From positions 46,031,897 to 46,095,896 of the forward strand of contig NC_057718.1 of assembly GCF_004010195.1 (NCBI RefSeq): DNA of 64,000 nucleotides. Reading direction: 5' to 3'. A program made the translations under genes and the position numbers. The DNA is from Chiloscyllium plagiosum (lineage: Eukaryota). Below, one piece after another: positions 36,901 to 50,520 of the stretch. The notes below the pieces were generated by a model. That model was not told the DNA's origin. It worked only from the letters and a program-made list of their open reading frames with translations, and made no database searches. Within the stretch, counting starts at the first letter, position 1; each line of letters opens with the position of its first letter.

Positions 36901-39031
36901 AAGCCAATAATTCTCACTCTTCTTTTCCAAAACCACTATGCTACTGTGCATTTTCAGCATTTTTCAGGTTATATTTCAGATATCTGTAAATTTTCTTTTG
37001 CTCTGTATGATTTTTACTGGCCTCCTGGCTTGGCATCAAGCCAATATCACAATCTATTTAGTGCTGTACCAATTTAAATTAAAGACTATTAGACTGCACA
37101 AGCACTTTGCTGCAATCTCCTTCTCATTTCGGTTAAACTTAATTCATTCAAAATCAATGAATCGGTGATCTCTGTGCACTCAGAGTGGTGTAAAAACAGA
37201 CAAGTTCAATATCATTATTACAGTTTTAAAATTAATATGCTGGTCCGGGAGGGTCACCAATACTTTGTTATGATTTTAATGCATAGTTGCAAAATATTCT
37301 TTTAATATTCTATCATGTGAGTGACTCTAGGTCTGGTCATTTCTAGCCATAGTAAACAAAATTAGACATTGTCCTGATGAATGAAGCTGAAACATTAATT
37401 GTGTTTCTTGCTATACAGATGCTACCAGTGTATTTTTATCATTTTTCTGCTTTATGTAAGATCTTATGCTACTTGACAGCAGATATTTTCTAGATGGGTT
37501 CTTTGGCTCTAGGCTGGGGTTGCAGAGCCTAGAGAAGTCAAGAATCCATGATTGTCATTCCCAGCTCAAACTCAGCTCATGTGGTAAGTGAGATCTACTT
37601 TGCCCAGCAACAGATTATCTAACCACTTCATAAGACCATAAGACATTGGAGTAGTACTGGGATATTCAGCCCATTGAATCTGTAAGATCATTCAATGAGT
37701 TCATGGCTGACCTGATGATTCTCAACTCCACTTTCCTCCTTTTGTCCATAGCTTTTGATTCCCTTACTAATTTAGCCTTGAATACTTTACAAGACACAGT
37801 CTCATAATCCTTGGTAGCAAAACATTCCACAGATTTGCCACCCTCTCTGAGAAGAAATTCCTCCTCATCTCTTATTTTTAGATTCTTCCTTCTCATCCTG
37901 GAATTGCCCACAAAAGGAGAACAATGTCTTCACATCTACCCAGTTTAGCCCTCTAGGAATCTTAAATGTTTTAGTAAGAGCTCCCCTCATTCTTCTAAGC
38001 TCAAGTGAGTTCATAGAATCACAGAATCCTAACAGTGCAGAAAGAGGTCATTCAGCTCCACATAACTTCACATTTACTATTGCTGTACAACCCTTCAAGC
38101 CCCCAACCTACTCAACCATTCCTCCTAAGAAAAATCACTCCATACCTGGAATCAATCAATCAGAAAATCAGAACATTCTCTGGAGTGATTCCACTAGGGT
38201 GCATCTTTCCTTAAATTAGCGGATCAAAATTGGTCAAAGTGTTCTTGGTGTGACCTAACTACTGTATTGTATAGATTTAGTAAGAACACCCTATTTTGAT
38301 ACTACTCCACCCATTTTGAAATAAAGGCTAACAATCCCTTTACCTGGCCTATTACTTGTGAAATGTGGGTACACTAGCTTGTTATGATTCATGTATAAGG
38401 ACCACCAAATCTTCTGTGCTGCAGCTTTCAGCATCCTTTCCCCATTTAAGTAATATTCAGTTCTTCTGTTCTCCTGCCAATTTACATAAATTCACATTTT
38501 CCTATATTAGGTTCCACTGTCAACCCTCTGCCTCATCCTGTGTATAGCTTGATATAGACTTCATGTTATCCTCCCTACTTGCCTTTCTACCCTTGGTCTT
38601 CCAGAACCTTAGCTATATTTCATTCATTTTCATCATCCTAGTCATTAATATATCTAATGAACTGAGGCCCTAGCTCTGGTCTCTGTGGTTCTCACTTGTT
38701 ACAAATTGCCACCCTGAAAAAACTCTCCTTATCCCAAATCTCTGTCTTCTATTAGTTAGCAATTCTTATATCCATGCTAATATATCACAGCCAACACCTT
38801 GCTCTTACCTTTATTAAGGAGCATGTGTGCAGTATCTTATTGAATACCCTTTTGGAATGTCAAATATATTACATCTAGTAGTTTCCCTTTATCAATCCTT
38901 CTTGTTGCCTCTTCAAAGAATTCTAATAAACTGATCAGCCATGATTTTCTCTTCATTAAGCCATGCTAACTTTCTTTGAGTTTATTATGTTTTTCTAAAT
39001 GCTGTATCATTCTGTCCCTTATAACAGATTG

Positions 39032-39383
39032 CAGTAGCGCCTTGACATACGAACGACCCCATTCACGAACAAATCGGTTTACGAACAGGATTGTACGTAA
39101 AATTTTGCTTCAATGTATGTACGAAATTCAAGGTACGAACGAAGGTACGAACGCAAAAAGCACGTGGTGTCATTGCTCTGCTTTGCTACACGCTTGTTGA
39201 ATGCAAAAGCTCTCTGGGCCCCCCTGATCTCATTCAGTTCATCTTTGTTGCGTGTGCTGTGAACAGCCGTCCAAGCATTCTTATGCTTTCCGAACAATGA
39301 GAAAAATTGATTCAGTTCGCAAACTTCTTGGTTCGCGAACCGGGTCCTGGAACGGATTAAGTTTGTAAGTCGAGGAGCTACTG
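39032..39383. mobile_element. pogo/Tigger-type MITE (352 bp)
   Basis: TIRs CAGTAGCGCCTTGACATACGAAC and GTTTGTAAGTCGAGGAGCTACTG (19/23 match), flanked by TG and TA. Internal TACGAAC repeats. Confidence 0.85.
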
Positions 39384-40261
39384 TATAACATTTTTCCAAC
39401 AACGGATTTTAAACTAACTGACCTATGTTTCATTGTTTTTTTTGTCTCCTTCCTTCTTTAAATTAATGTGTTACATTGGCAACTGTCCAGTCACCAAGGA
39501 CATTTCCAGAATATAAAGACTCTTGTAAATTCACTACAAATGCTTCCATTTTCTTTTTAGCTACTTCCTTTAAAGTTCTAGGATGCAACCGAACAGCACC
39601 AAGGGACTTATTGGCCTTCTGGCCCATTAGTTTCTCTAGTACTTTTTCTCTCATCATTCTTTACTTTTTCAATTCTTCCCTAATCTCTTAATTATTTAGT
39701 ATTGTTAGAATGCTATTAATGAATTTTACGTAAATACTGATGAAAAATATTTATTCAATTCCTCTGCCGTTTCCTGGTTGCCAGTTATTATTTCTCCAGC
39801 CTCATTCCCTAACGGGCCTTTGTTCACTTTTGGCTTCTCTCTTCCTCTTATTATATATATATTTAAAAGGATTGTAACTGTCTATTTTTATATTACTTGC
39901 TAGTTTGGCCTCATCTCCCTTTTTTTGGTCATCATTGTTGGCTTTAATACTTACCCAATTCTTTGGTTTACCACTAATCTTTGCTTCAGTGTATATTTTT
40001 CTTTCAATTTAATACTATCCTTAACTTCCACCATTAACCATTGTTGGCTTTTCCTCTTCATGGAATCATTCTTCATCACTGGGATATATCTTTGTTGTGA
40101 GTCATGACTATTTTTCTAAATAGTCTGCCATGTTTCTTGTGCTAAATCCCTTTCACAGTCATATTCTGTCCTCATCCCCTATGTAATTATCTTTATTTAA
40201 TGTAGAACAATTGTTCCTGACCCAAATGTCTCATTCTCCAACTAAATGCTAAATTCTAGTA

Positions 40262-40435
40262 CAGAGGAACCTTGATTATCAGAAGGACATGGACGGGGAG
40301 TATTTCATTTGGTTAATCAAATTCCAGATAATCGAATGCCGGATAACATAGTTTAGCTGAGCATCGGGACGTTGCCATCTTTCCAGATAATCCAATATTC
40401 AGATAATCGAATGCTAGATAATCGAGGTACCTCTG
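40262..40435. mobile_element. pogo/Tigger-type MITE (174 bp)
   Basis: TIRs CAGAGGAACCTTGATTATC and GATAATCGAGGTACCTCTG (17/19 match), with TA on both sides and repeated GATAATC. Confidence 0.88.
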
Positions 40436-41897
40436 TATATTATGGTCACTGTTCCCTAGGGGATATTTTGCTCAGATCATTTAGTAAAACCGTCTCATGA
40501 GACATTAAAGAATAGCCTGATCCCTGGTTGGACACTTAGCATATTGTTCTACGAAACTGTCCTGAATGGACAAAGAGAACTTTTCCTCATGGTTACCTTC
40601 ACTGATTTGATCTTTCCAATTGATTTGTAGATTAACTCAACCATGGTTATTGCACTGTTTTTTTTACAAACCCTTATTATGTCCTGATCTATTCTGATTT
40701 CTATAGAACAGCTGCCACTTCGGAGCTTGTGCCTTCTCCTCCTTGTTGTTTGTTATCTCCACCCAAATGGATTTACATTATCTAATCCTAGATCATTTCC
40801 TGATAGCACATTTATTCCATCTCTTATTAAGGAATCTACCTCTCTGCTTTTTCCTTTCTGCTTGTCCTTCAAAAGTCAGATACCCTTGAATATTTAGTTC
40901 CCAGCTTTGATCTCCTTGCAACCATGTCTCCCTAATGACTATAAGATCATGCACATTAAGCTCTATTTGTGTAATGTTAAACCTCACTGAGGTAGCACAC
41001 AAGAAATCAAGTCCTGCAATTCCCAGGATCATCAGAAAAGGTAAAGATTTTAAAAATTATGTAGAAATTCCCAATTTACTGATCTTTCAGACACAAATTG
41101 GCAGGTTTCTGTATTTAACAAAAGTATGTACAGGTATTTATTTCAAATAAATAGATTCTAGCTATATTCATAGTCATACAAATTATGTATAAATTATATA
41201 CACACACTGTTAACATATAAATCTACTAGCTAAAACTCTGATCCCCTTATAAATTCCCCTTACACCCATATGCAGACAGACACAGATAAAAATGAAATTC
41301 AGGGCTCTAAATACTGTTTAGTATATAATACGTTACAGGCAAGAGACAGGACAGGGGACAACTGCTCCAGAGCGATGCTTCAGACGAGCATGAGAGCCAG
41401 GACTGGACTGTGCATATTGTTGAAAGTTCAAGCTGTGGATGAGTGGATGAAGGAGAACAGAAGAGAGGCTTCATGTTAGAAGTACTACATAGATGCAAAT
41501 CACTTTTTCTGCAGATCACAGATGTTACGACATCCTTCAGGAAGGCTGTTAAAATGGGGGAGCATTCCTGAATCTCTTGCTTCTATAACAATTTATTTTT
41601 CACTGTTTAGAAGTCACAATGTGTGTTGATGGTTGCTGCTTACAGCCACAGTGCCTGCTACAATTTTCTAAGCAATTTTTCCATGCAAAATATCTGCAGA
41701 ATGTCCGATACAGATCACATCTGTGTAAAATGAGTGTCCGGGGTTGCAAAATGATTCGAAATACATTGGAAGCTTATTGAAAGGGGCCTATCAAGTTTTT
41801 TACCCTTTCCCTTGGCTTCTTGTTTCTTTTCCTTGGACTCTTTATTCTTATTTAAACTTAAGCCTTTGTAGCAATTATTGTAAGTTATTTATTTCAG

Positions 41898-42042
41898 CAT
41901 CCTACTGAGTTTCCCTTTGGGAATTCCCCATGTGAAGTGTTACAAAGAACAAGAGATGGACCCACAATGGAATGTCAGAAAATCTGGAATGTTCCGTGCC
42001 CAACCATGAGAGTAATATCGAATGATTCCGATGCATCGATGG
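41898..42042 (+). CDS. Candidate internal exon of an unidentified host gene (145 bp, phase 0 to 1)
   Basis: Acceptor ttatttatttcag, donor G/gtcagt and an open frame HPTEFPFGNSPCEVLQRTRDGPTMECQKIWNVPCPTMRVISNDSDASM with several CpGs. I do not recognise the peptide. Confidence 0.4.
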
Positions 42043-45000
42043 GTCAGTATCTTTGATGGCAAAATGATGACATCTTACTCAAGATCATGTGTGCTTTGAA
42101 GAACTGGATTAAATTTAAAGTTCATCAGGTATATTTTGCCATGTCCCTTGCTGGGCTGTGAAATAGAACGTTCGTCTGTTTTATCTCCCACACGAATAAA
42201 TATGACTAGTGATTGAGAGAGCTGAAGAACAAGCATTGTTGACTAAGGAATAGGATTAGCATTACTAATTGCCTGCCTCACTCTTTGGTACAGTGAAGCC
42301 CTTAACCTAAATGGAAAGAAAAATGATTATGACCTGAGCAACAATAAAATGACAGTGAAAATATCTATGCCTTTTATCTGAAGGAAGAAAATGCCAGCAG
42401 GAAGCAAAAGGTGAGGAAGGTCAACATATCGTTTTTACGGGAAATGAACACAAGACAAAATCAGAGCTATTAAACAAAAGAAAAAATGACCTTTGAAACT
42501 TGTAGAAAGTATGGATAAAGTTACACTGAAAGCTTGTATGATTTTAAATAGAGAAGCTTTTTAATCTACATATTATCCACATACTGTAGGAACATTCTAA
42601 TTACACAAATTTCATATGTATAAAAATCTTTTCACAAAATGAAGTGTTTCAAATGTGATGAAAAAGGATGTTGAATAGATTTGACTTGATTTGATTTGAT
42701 AGTTCTGAAATCAAGGCCATCTAAAAGGAATACTGCAGCTTTAAACTTTTACTGATAATTCTTTTCATGGTCTTTTTGCCCATTATCTACTGCTGCATGT
42801 TATTGATCCTGACTAGATTCAAAGCCACCATTAAGCCAAATCTTTTGGATTCTAAAGACATTATAATAGTTCCAAAGATGACAGAAAGTGGCAGCTGGTG
42901 ACAGGAAAAAACCCTTGATAAGTCGGCAGTGGTAAATCAAACTACTGCCACTTTTCGTTTCATGTTTGTTAATACCACTTCATCTTTGAAGTTTAAAGCA
43001 AGTTCAAAAGAGCCAGGTGCTGAATCATAATATTAAAGCAAGAAGATCTCCATTAAAGTGACAAGATCTGAGAGGGGAAGGCAACAAACACAGCTTTCAA
43101 CTGGCTTTTGTTGGCCTTTCTGCAGATGTCACCAGTTGTTATCCCCAGCAGAGGCTTCAAGCACATACACTGCCTCTGGCTGTTTCCAGCGTGCTGTTTC
43201 AAGTGTCAATCAGCAAGAGGACACAGCATAGCCCTGACCATTGTCCTGTGAAAAGCCAGCATTTAACATCGATTTAACTTATTCAATATACAAAGATAGA
43301 GAGAGCTTTGTGCAAAAAAACGGCCTTTGGCAAGGTTGCTTGTAGAGCAATTCAGCCACAACTGATGCTCCTTGGGTTTGCTGTCATAAGGCAGTGTCTG
43401 CAGTTTGATAAAGAGAACATGGGTGAGTTGCTTGAACAAGGGAGCACTAGAAAGGAACAACCTGCTATAATGGTTAACAATGTGAACTTTACACTCTGAT
43501 GATAACCTTTCATTTGATTTGTCGGAATTGGATGAGGCACTAAATCAGCTTCTTCCAATATTTAATCCCAGTTATCAATCACTATTATTGTTTTGGGTAG
43601 ATTGCAATTATCACTTACATTATATAAGGCTTTTTAAAAATCATTGAAACATTGAAAAGATTTGCCTGATTTAAGGTATTCTTTGTGTCAACATTTACTC
43701 AAAGTTTGGTATACATTTGTTATAATACTCATTATTGGCAAATATATTTCTAATATTAGTTTCCAGAATGCAGTTGATACTGACATTTTATTGCCTATCT
43801 CTAATTATTCTAAGGGCTTTCAGTATTAACCACATATTGTGGGACAGGAGTCATAGGCGGATCAGACTAGGGAGAGGGAACAATTCCCTTTCTTGAAAAT
43901 CCTTGGTAGATCAGTGGGGGTTTAATGACAATCCAGCAGATTTCATGGTTATTGTTCTGGCACTGGATTTATTAAATTTAATCCCACAACTCCCCATAGT
44001 TGAATTTTAAAGTTGTTTAACATAATCATTGAAATATAGCCTTATCCTCTATTGTTGTATCCTTTCTTACATTCATGGAAATCATGACAAAAGGCACCTG
44101 AACAAGTCTTACAGAAGTTACTCACAGCTACTTCCAGTGTGCCATCTATAATTTTGCACTATTTTCACTGCTCTACTTCTTCATTATCACTCATCATGGC
44201 AAGGCCAGCATTTGTAGTGCATTCCTAATTATCAAAACTGTATGACTTGCCAGATTACTTCAGAGGGCAGCTAAGATTTAACCAGATCAGTGTAGCCCCA
44301 GACCAGGGAGGTTGGCAGGTTTCCCTCCCAAAGGTCAGTAATGCAGCAGTTCAACTTTTACTAACAAACCAATAACTTCATTACCACTTTTAGTGATGCC
44401 AACTTTTTCATTTCAAGATTATTAAGAAACTGAATTCAAATTCTCAAACTGCCAAATTGAGATTGGGAATTACAATGATTAAAGCTCAGCAACATAACCG
44501 TCATACCAAACACTGCAAAATGTATTGCAAATGCAACAAACATGCCAAAAGCTGGAAATCTAGTCAAAAGCCAAATACACAACAGACCAATCAGCAGCTA
44601 TAGAGAAATAAAGACAACAAAATTGAATTTTTCCACTTAGATTCATTGACTTTTATTAATTTGAAGCAGACCTCTTGCTTATTTCCACATTACTGATCTT
44701 AACTGGTATCAGTCTTCAGCCAATTCATTTCACTCCATGTGAGGTCAAGAAAGGGTCAAAGGCATTGCGTTCTACAAGAGTGCTAACAACATTCAGCAAA
44801 AATACTGAAGATTTGAGCTTCAGCAATAGCTGCACCCCTAGCCAATCTCCAGAACAGCCACAACAACAGCATTTACCTGACAATGTTGAGGATTGCTCTC
44901 GCAAAAAGCAAGGCAAGTCTAAACTAATATTTCAGAAGATTTTGTTTCTAGCAATAATGCTAAACTGGCTGAGAAGTTGAGACTGAGCCTGCAATATGAA

Positions 45001-45084
45001 GAAGCAAAGCAAAGGTTAGTGCTAAACAAACTTCTAGTGATTGTTTCTCAAACAACCTTATCATGTCAACAATAGTTGTTTTGG

Positions 45085-45320
45085 TAGCATGCTCTGTTCT
45101 GGACAAAAGATTTTATGTTCCAAGATTCACTTCAGGCAAGCAAGTCTAGGTTATCACATGTTGCAATACTGAGCGAGTGTTGCACAGTTATAGGTGTCAC
45201 GGCTCAGGTGAGATGTTAAATCAAGACTCTACCCATACTCTCAGATGCATTAAAAAGATCCATGGTACTTCATGAAAAAGAGGGGAGTTAGTTACGATCC
45301 CTTGGCCAATATTTAGGCTG
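45085..45320 (+). mobile_element. Deu-domain SINE, old
   Basis: TACTGAGCGAGTGTTGCAC...GAGATGTTAAATC...AAAAGATCCATGG...GAGGGGAGTT...GGCCAATATTTA. Confidence 0.6.
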
Positions 45321-45789
45321 TATTTGCTGGCAGAAATGCACTGTGCACTACTTTAAATTGCAGGGGACATTCAAACAGTTCTGGGACAGATGGGAGGGAG
45401 ATTGGGATCAGGGAGAGCAGTGTTGCGGTTTGGATTGGGACCCATGAGAGTCTCTCTCCTCACCTCCCACCTGTCTTCCAATTCTCTCCTTCCCTCCATT
45501 TCCCTGCCCTCTCCTCCAGTTTTGTTTCCTCCTTGATCTCCCCTCTGTCCTTTCTTCCTCCCTTGGTCTCCCTGTCTTTTCCAATTTTCCTCCTCTATTC
45601 CCTCCAATGCTCTTTAACCTCTACGGACTCTCTCAACCATCTGATTCTCTCCCCTTGCCATCTGATTCGCCCTTCTACCCCCTCCAGATCTGATTCATTC
45701 TCCCTAACCGTCTGATTCTCTCCCATTTTATAATTCTCTCCCTTCCCTCTTGAATTGCACACATTCCCCTACTGCGCTCCTCACATCCC

Positions 45790-45930
45790 GACTGCTGCCT
45801 CATGGCGCCAGGGACCTGGGTTCAATTCCATCCTCAAACAACTGTCTGTGTGGAGTCTGCGCATTCTCCCCATGTCTGCGTGGATTTCCACCAGGTGCTC
45901 CAGTTTCCTCCCACCTTCCTAAGATGTGCA
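45790..45930 (+). mobile_element. HE1-type V-SINE, partial
   Basis: CTGCTGCCTCATGGCGCCAGGGACCTGGGTTCAATTCC...AAGATGTGCA. Confidence 0.8.
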
Positions 45931-45959
45931 AACATGCTCACTGTCACTGAATTTGTGTG

Positions 45960-47070
45960 ACATCAGGGCCAGTCAGCTCCTGATCTCATTACAGCCTTAG
46001 TTCAAAAATGGCAAAACAACTTCAATTCCAGAAGTGAAGTGCGAGTTGCCCATGACATCAAGGCAGATTTTGATCGTGTATGGCATCTAGTGGCTCTAGC
46101 TAAATTGGAATTGAAGGGAATCAGTGACAATAATCTCTGCTAGTTGATGGCATAGTGAGCACAAACGGAGATGGTTTTGGTTATTGAGGGTCAATCTTCT
46201 CAATCCAAGGACATCTCTGCAGGAGTTCCTCAGCGTAATGTCCGAGGCCCAATCATCATCAGCTGTTTTATCAATTACCTTCTCTCCATTTTAAGGTTAG
46301 AAGTGGGGATGTTTGCCGATTATTCCACAATGTTCAATACCATTCATAACACTTCGGATGCTGAAACAGTCCTTGTCATATTCAGCAAGACGTAAATAAC
46401 AGAAAAGATTAGGCCAATAAGTGGCAAATAAAACTTGCACCACAGAAACGCCAGGCATATTTCCATCTGTGACAAGAGAGAATCTAACCACTGCACCATG
46501 ACCTTCCATTGCTATGCCCCATTATCAATATCCTGGGGCTTACTATTGACCAGAATCAAACTAGATCAGCCATATAAATACTGAGGTTACAAGAGCAGGT
46601 TAAAAGCTAGAAATTCTGCAGTAAGTGACTCCTCATTTGTCTCCTCAATTCTTGCCCACCACCCAGAAGGTGTAAGTCATGAATTTGATTGAATAATGTT
46701 CACTTGCCTAGATGTGTCCAGCTTTAACAACATCTGGGACAAAGTAGCCCACCTGATTAGCACGCCATCCACCTTCTTCAACTTCACTCCCTTTATCAGT
46801 AACACATAATGGCAACTGTGTGTACCACCAACAAGATGCATTACACTAAATGCCTCATTCGACAGCATGCTCTCTACTATCGAGAAGGATGAGAGCAGCA
46901 GATATATGGGAACACCACGACGTGCAAGCTCCTCTCCAGGCAACTCACCATTCTGGCTTGAAACTATATTGCCATTCCTTTGCTGTCCCTGGATTAAAAT
47001 CCTGGAACTTCCTTCCTAACAGCATTGTGGGTCTTCTTACTCTACATGGACTGTCACAGCAACCCTAATC
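45960..47070 (+). mobile_element. CR1/L2-like LINE RT and 3' region, second family
   Basis: DIKADFDRVWH, DISAGVPQ..GPII.SCFIN and GMFADYST. Confidence 0.8.
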
Positions 47071-47586
47071 AATGGAATTAGAATCTTTGCAAGAATATTA
47101 CAAAATATGAAGTCCTTAGTTGGTGAGAATTCAGATTAAAATGTGCATTTGCATCTCTAACAGACATACGTCAATTTTGGAACTTTACCTGGGATTGAAA
47201 TCAGGTACATAACACAGATCCGTCTTTCACACCTCGCACCATTAAATGAACCACTCTCTGCTTAATATTTGGGCAGTTTCTTATAAATTCAAGGATTGAA
47301 CAGAAAGCTATTATTGTAATTTGACTTTTAGTTAGAAGTACATAAGCACGAGAAGCTGTAGTGAACAATTCAGCTCCACAAGCCTGTTCCAATGTTTAGT
47401 ACAATCATAGCTGATCTCATCTCAGCCATACGTGCCAAAATTCCATTTGCCTTCTTTACTTACATGATCTACACCAACAGAACTGATCAAAGCACTGCAG
47501 TGTTTCCACATCTAATCATGTGATCTTGAAACATTTCCAAACATCTTTCGCCATAAGTATTAACTGGGTGACCATCTTGGTCTCCT

Positions 47587-47905
47587 TAGAACTCCGACAG
47601 TGTGGAAACAGGCCATTTGGCCCAACAAGTCCACAATGACCCTCCAAAGAGTAACCCACCCAAACCCATTCCATTACCCCATTGCTCTACATTTACCCCT
47701 GACTAATGCACTTAACCCACACATCCCTGAACACTATGGGTAGTTTAGCATGACCAATTCACCTAACCTGCACATCTTTGGATTGTGGGAGGAAACCCAT
47801 GCAGACACGAGGAGAATGTGCAATCTCCACACAGACAGTTGCCCAAGGCTCATTTGAAACCCGGCGCTGTGAAGCAGCAGCGCTAACCTTTGAGCTACCG
47901 TACCA
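47587..47905 (-). mobile_element. HE1-type V-SINE
   Basis: Colinear with 52532-52852. Confidence 0.85.
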
Positions 47906-48631
47906 TTCTCCTGAGGACCCACTATAACAGCATCTGTCTTCAGCAAATTTGATTAAATGCTTGGTGAATTTAAGAAATGGCTGGAGAACAGGATGCAGTA
48001 AAGGTTAAGCAAACTATTGCAGTTTTGCTACTGCTTTAGCATTTGTTTGATAAAGTAAAATGTTGCACGAGTGTATTCGAGAAACAGGATAGAACTAATC
48101 TGGCAAGTTGCCACCAATCAAGATACTTTCAATCATTAAAGGGTTGAAAAGTCTTGTCAACATTGCTATTGGGCAGCAGTTGTTCATCAATAACCAGTTT
48201 ACCAATATTCAGCCTGGATTTCACTTTCACCACTCAACTCCACAGTTCATTGCAGCCTTAGTCCAAATATGACAAAAACAATTGAATTTAAGAGGCAAGA
48301 TGCAAGTGACTACCCTTGATATGAAGTCAATATTTGGTCAAGTGTGTTTATAAGAAGCTCTGCTAACGTCAATGAGAATCAAGTGGAAGTATTCTACTGA
48401 CTGGAGTCATTTCTGCCACAGGAGTCAGTTGATCAGTTCAGGAGCTTCTTTGGACAGTATTCTAAAGCTAATCTCCCTCAGTTACTTCATGAATGACTTT
48501 CTGTTCATCATAATATTAGAAATGGAAAGATTTCCTACTGATTGCATAGAATTCAGCACCATTTGCCACTCCTCAAATAATGGAATTCTCTGTGTGTCTG
48601 CAGACTTCAATAAAGTTGAGGCTTGATTTTT

Positions 48632-48957
48632 TTAGATTAGATTTTAGATTAGATTAGATTACAGTGTGGAAACAGGCTCTTCGGCCCAACTAGTCCACAC
48701 CGACCCGCCAAAGCGAAACCCACCCATACCCATACATTTACCCCTTACCTAACACTACAGGCAATTTAGTATGGCCAATTCACCTGACCCTGCACATCTT
48801 TGGACTGTGGGAGGAAACCGGAGCACCCGGAGGAAACCCATGCAGACACAGGGAGAACGTGCAAACTCCACACAGTCAGTCGCCTGAGGCGGGAATTGAA
48901 CCCGAGTCTCTGGCGCTGTGAGGCAGCAGTGCTAACCACTGTGCCACCGTGCTACCC
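48632..48957 (-). mobile_element. HE1-type V-SINE, young, inserted in an old LINE fragment (~48170-49110)
   Basis: Full head to (TAATC)n tail, nearly identical to 52532-52852. Confidence 0.92.
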
Positions 48958-49114
48958 AAAGTTGATAAATGGTAAGTAAAATTCACTGCAATGAAGTGTG
49001 GAATGACCAGAGAATCTAATTACCTTCATTTATCATTCAATGGGATTCGTATTGCTGAAATCCTGCCTTACATCACCCTGAGGGTTGGCACTGACCAAAA
49101 ATTCAACTGGACAA

Positions 49115-49945
49115 GAGACATAACAAATAGAACAGATATGTGACTCATTTCGTCTTTGAGGCTGTCTTATTACTCAATAATGTCAAGGCTGATCATCTAC
49201 CTTAACTGTATCTTTGTATATTCTCTAATTTCCTAAACATACAAAAATCTACATCCTCTCTTTTGAATATGCTGAGCAACTGAGCATTCACATCTCTTTC
49301 ATAGAGAGCTCCAAAGACTCACAGCCCTTTGATTGAAGAAATTTCTCCTCATCTCAGTTCCAGATGGTTGCGTCTTCTGAGACTGTGATCCTATGTTAAA
49401 CTACCTTCCCTGCATCTATCTTGCAAGAATTTGTTTTATAGTTCAATTAGACTACCACTCATTCTTCTCAATTTCAGGGAATATAAACCAATCTACTCAA
49501 TCTCTCTTCGTTAGGCAATTCCCTCATCCCAGGAACTAGTCTAATGAACCTTTGCTGCATTCCCGCTAGGCCAATTGTGTCATTTCTTAGATAAGGAGAT
49601 AATAACTCCTGCTATGGCTTCTCCAATATGTTCGATAATTATTAGAAGACTTCCTTCCTCTTATACTTCAACTTTTTTTGCAACAAAGTTGGGCACACCA
49701 TTTCATTGTTTGAATGTCTCTTGTATGTGCACAAGAATTTTCTCAGATACATGGACAAGGGCATTCAGGTCTCTCAGAAATCAGAGATTCTCCAATCTCT
49801 TGCCATTCAAGCATCATTCTGTTCTTTTATTTTTTCTACCAAAGTCAACAACTTCACACTTTGTCACAGGATATGCCACATGCTGTTTGTTTCCTTCTCA
49901 CGCAACCTGCTTATACCCCTCTATAGCCTTTTTGCATCCTCTTCA
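49115..49945 (-). mobile_element. Old CR1-type LINE fragment
   Basis: Similar to 37630-38600 and 61745-62405. Confidence 0.65.
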
Positions 49946-49954
49946 CCACTTAGA

Positions 49955-50520
49955 TTGTTCTGTCATCCCATTAGACAGTCCCTCGCAATTGAGGATGGCT
50001 TTCTTCCAATTTGGTTTGATGGGTTCTGGTATGGTGATCTGCTGATTGTGGTTCAAATGGTATGTGGAGTGTCGGGTAGATGAGTTATTTGAGATTTGTG
50101 CAGTCTTGCCAATGCAACAACTTCCTTCCTGCAATATCTCAATGAAGTCTCTAGATATGCATGGTGACTTTAGGACTGAACTGTCTCCATTTTCAGCAGT
50201 CACAAACCAGGGGTCACATGAATTGGTGGGGATGCTTAACATCAGGGATGTTTTGAAGACACTACTAGATTGATTTTGCTGTCCTACCCCAGGGAGTTTC
50301 TTGCCATGACTGAGCTCTGTGTACAATAGTTGTTTCAAGAATCTGATATGAAACCAGTCAAGGAGTTAGTGCTTTGATGCTGGACATTTCATCTCAGGCG
50401 AGGATGCCGCTGTTGGATCACCTTTCTGCCAGTGCTTTGAGGTGCCTACTGTAAGTCGTCCAAGTCTCTGAAGCATATAAGAGCATGAGGATCACTGCTG
50501 CTCAGTAACCTATAATTTTA
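49955..50520 (-). mobile_element. RTE (BovB-like) LINE 3' fragment
   Basis: LLYASETWTTYSRHLKAL and KQLLYTELSHGKK.PG.GQ resemble the RTE C-terminus. Confidence 0.7.

Larger units (their letters stand above)
37629..40985 (-). mobile_element. Long decayed CR1 LINE (endonuclease through 3' UTR) with nested insertions
   Basis: Endonuclease start HDLIVIRETWLQGDQSWELNIQGYLTF, then KS.G...LHPR.LKEVA..GDWTVANVT and a (CATAAGAC)n tail at 37629. Confidence 0.88.

Noticed and set aside
45455..45790. Long pyrimidine-rich tract
   Set aside because: Low-complexity sequence with no clear periodicity or associated exon.
49575..50045. 156-aa plus-strand ORF
   Set aside because: Antisense to CR1 and RTE fragments.
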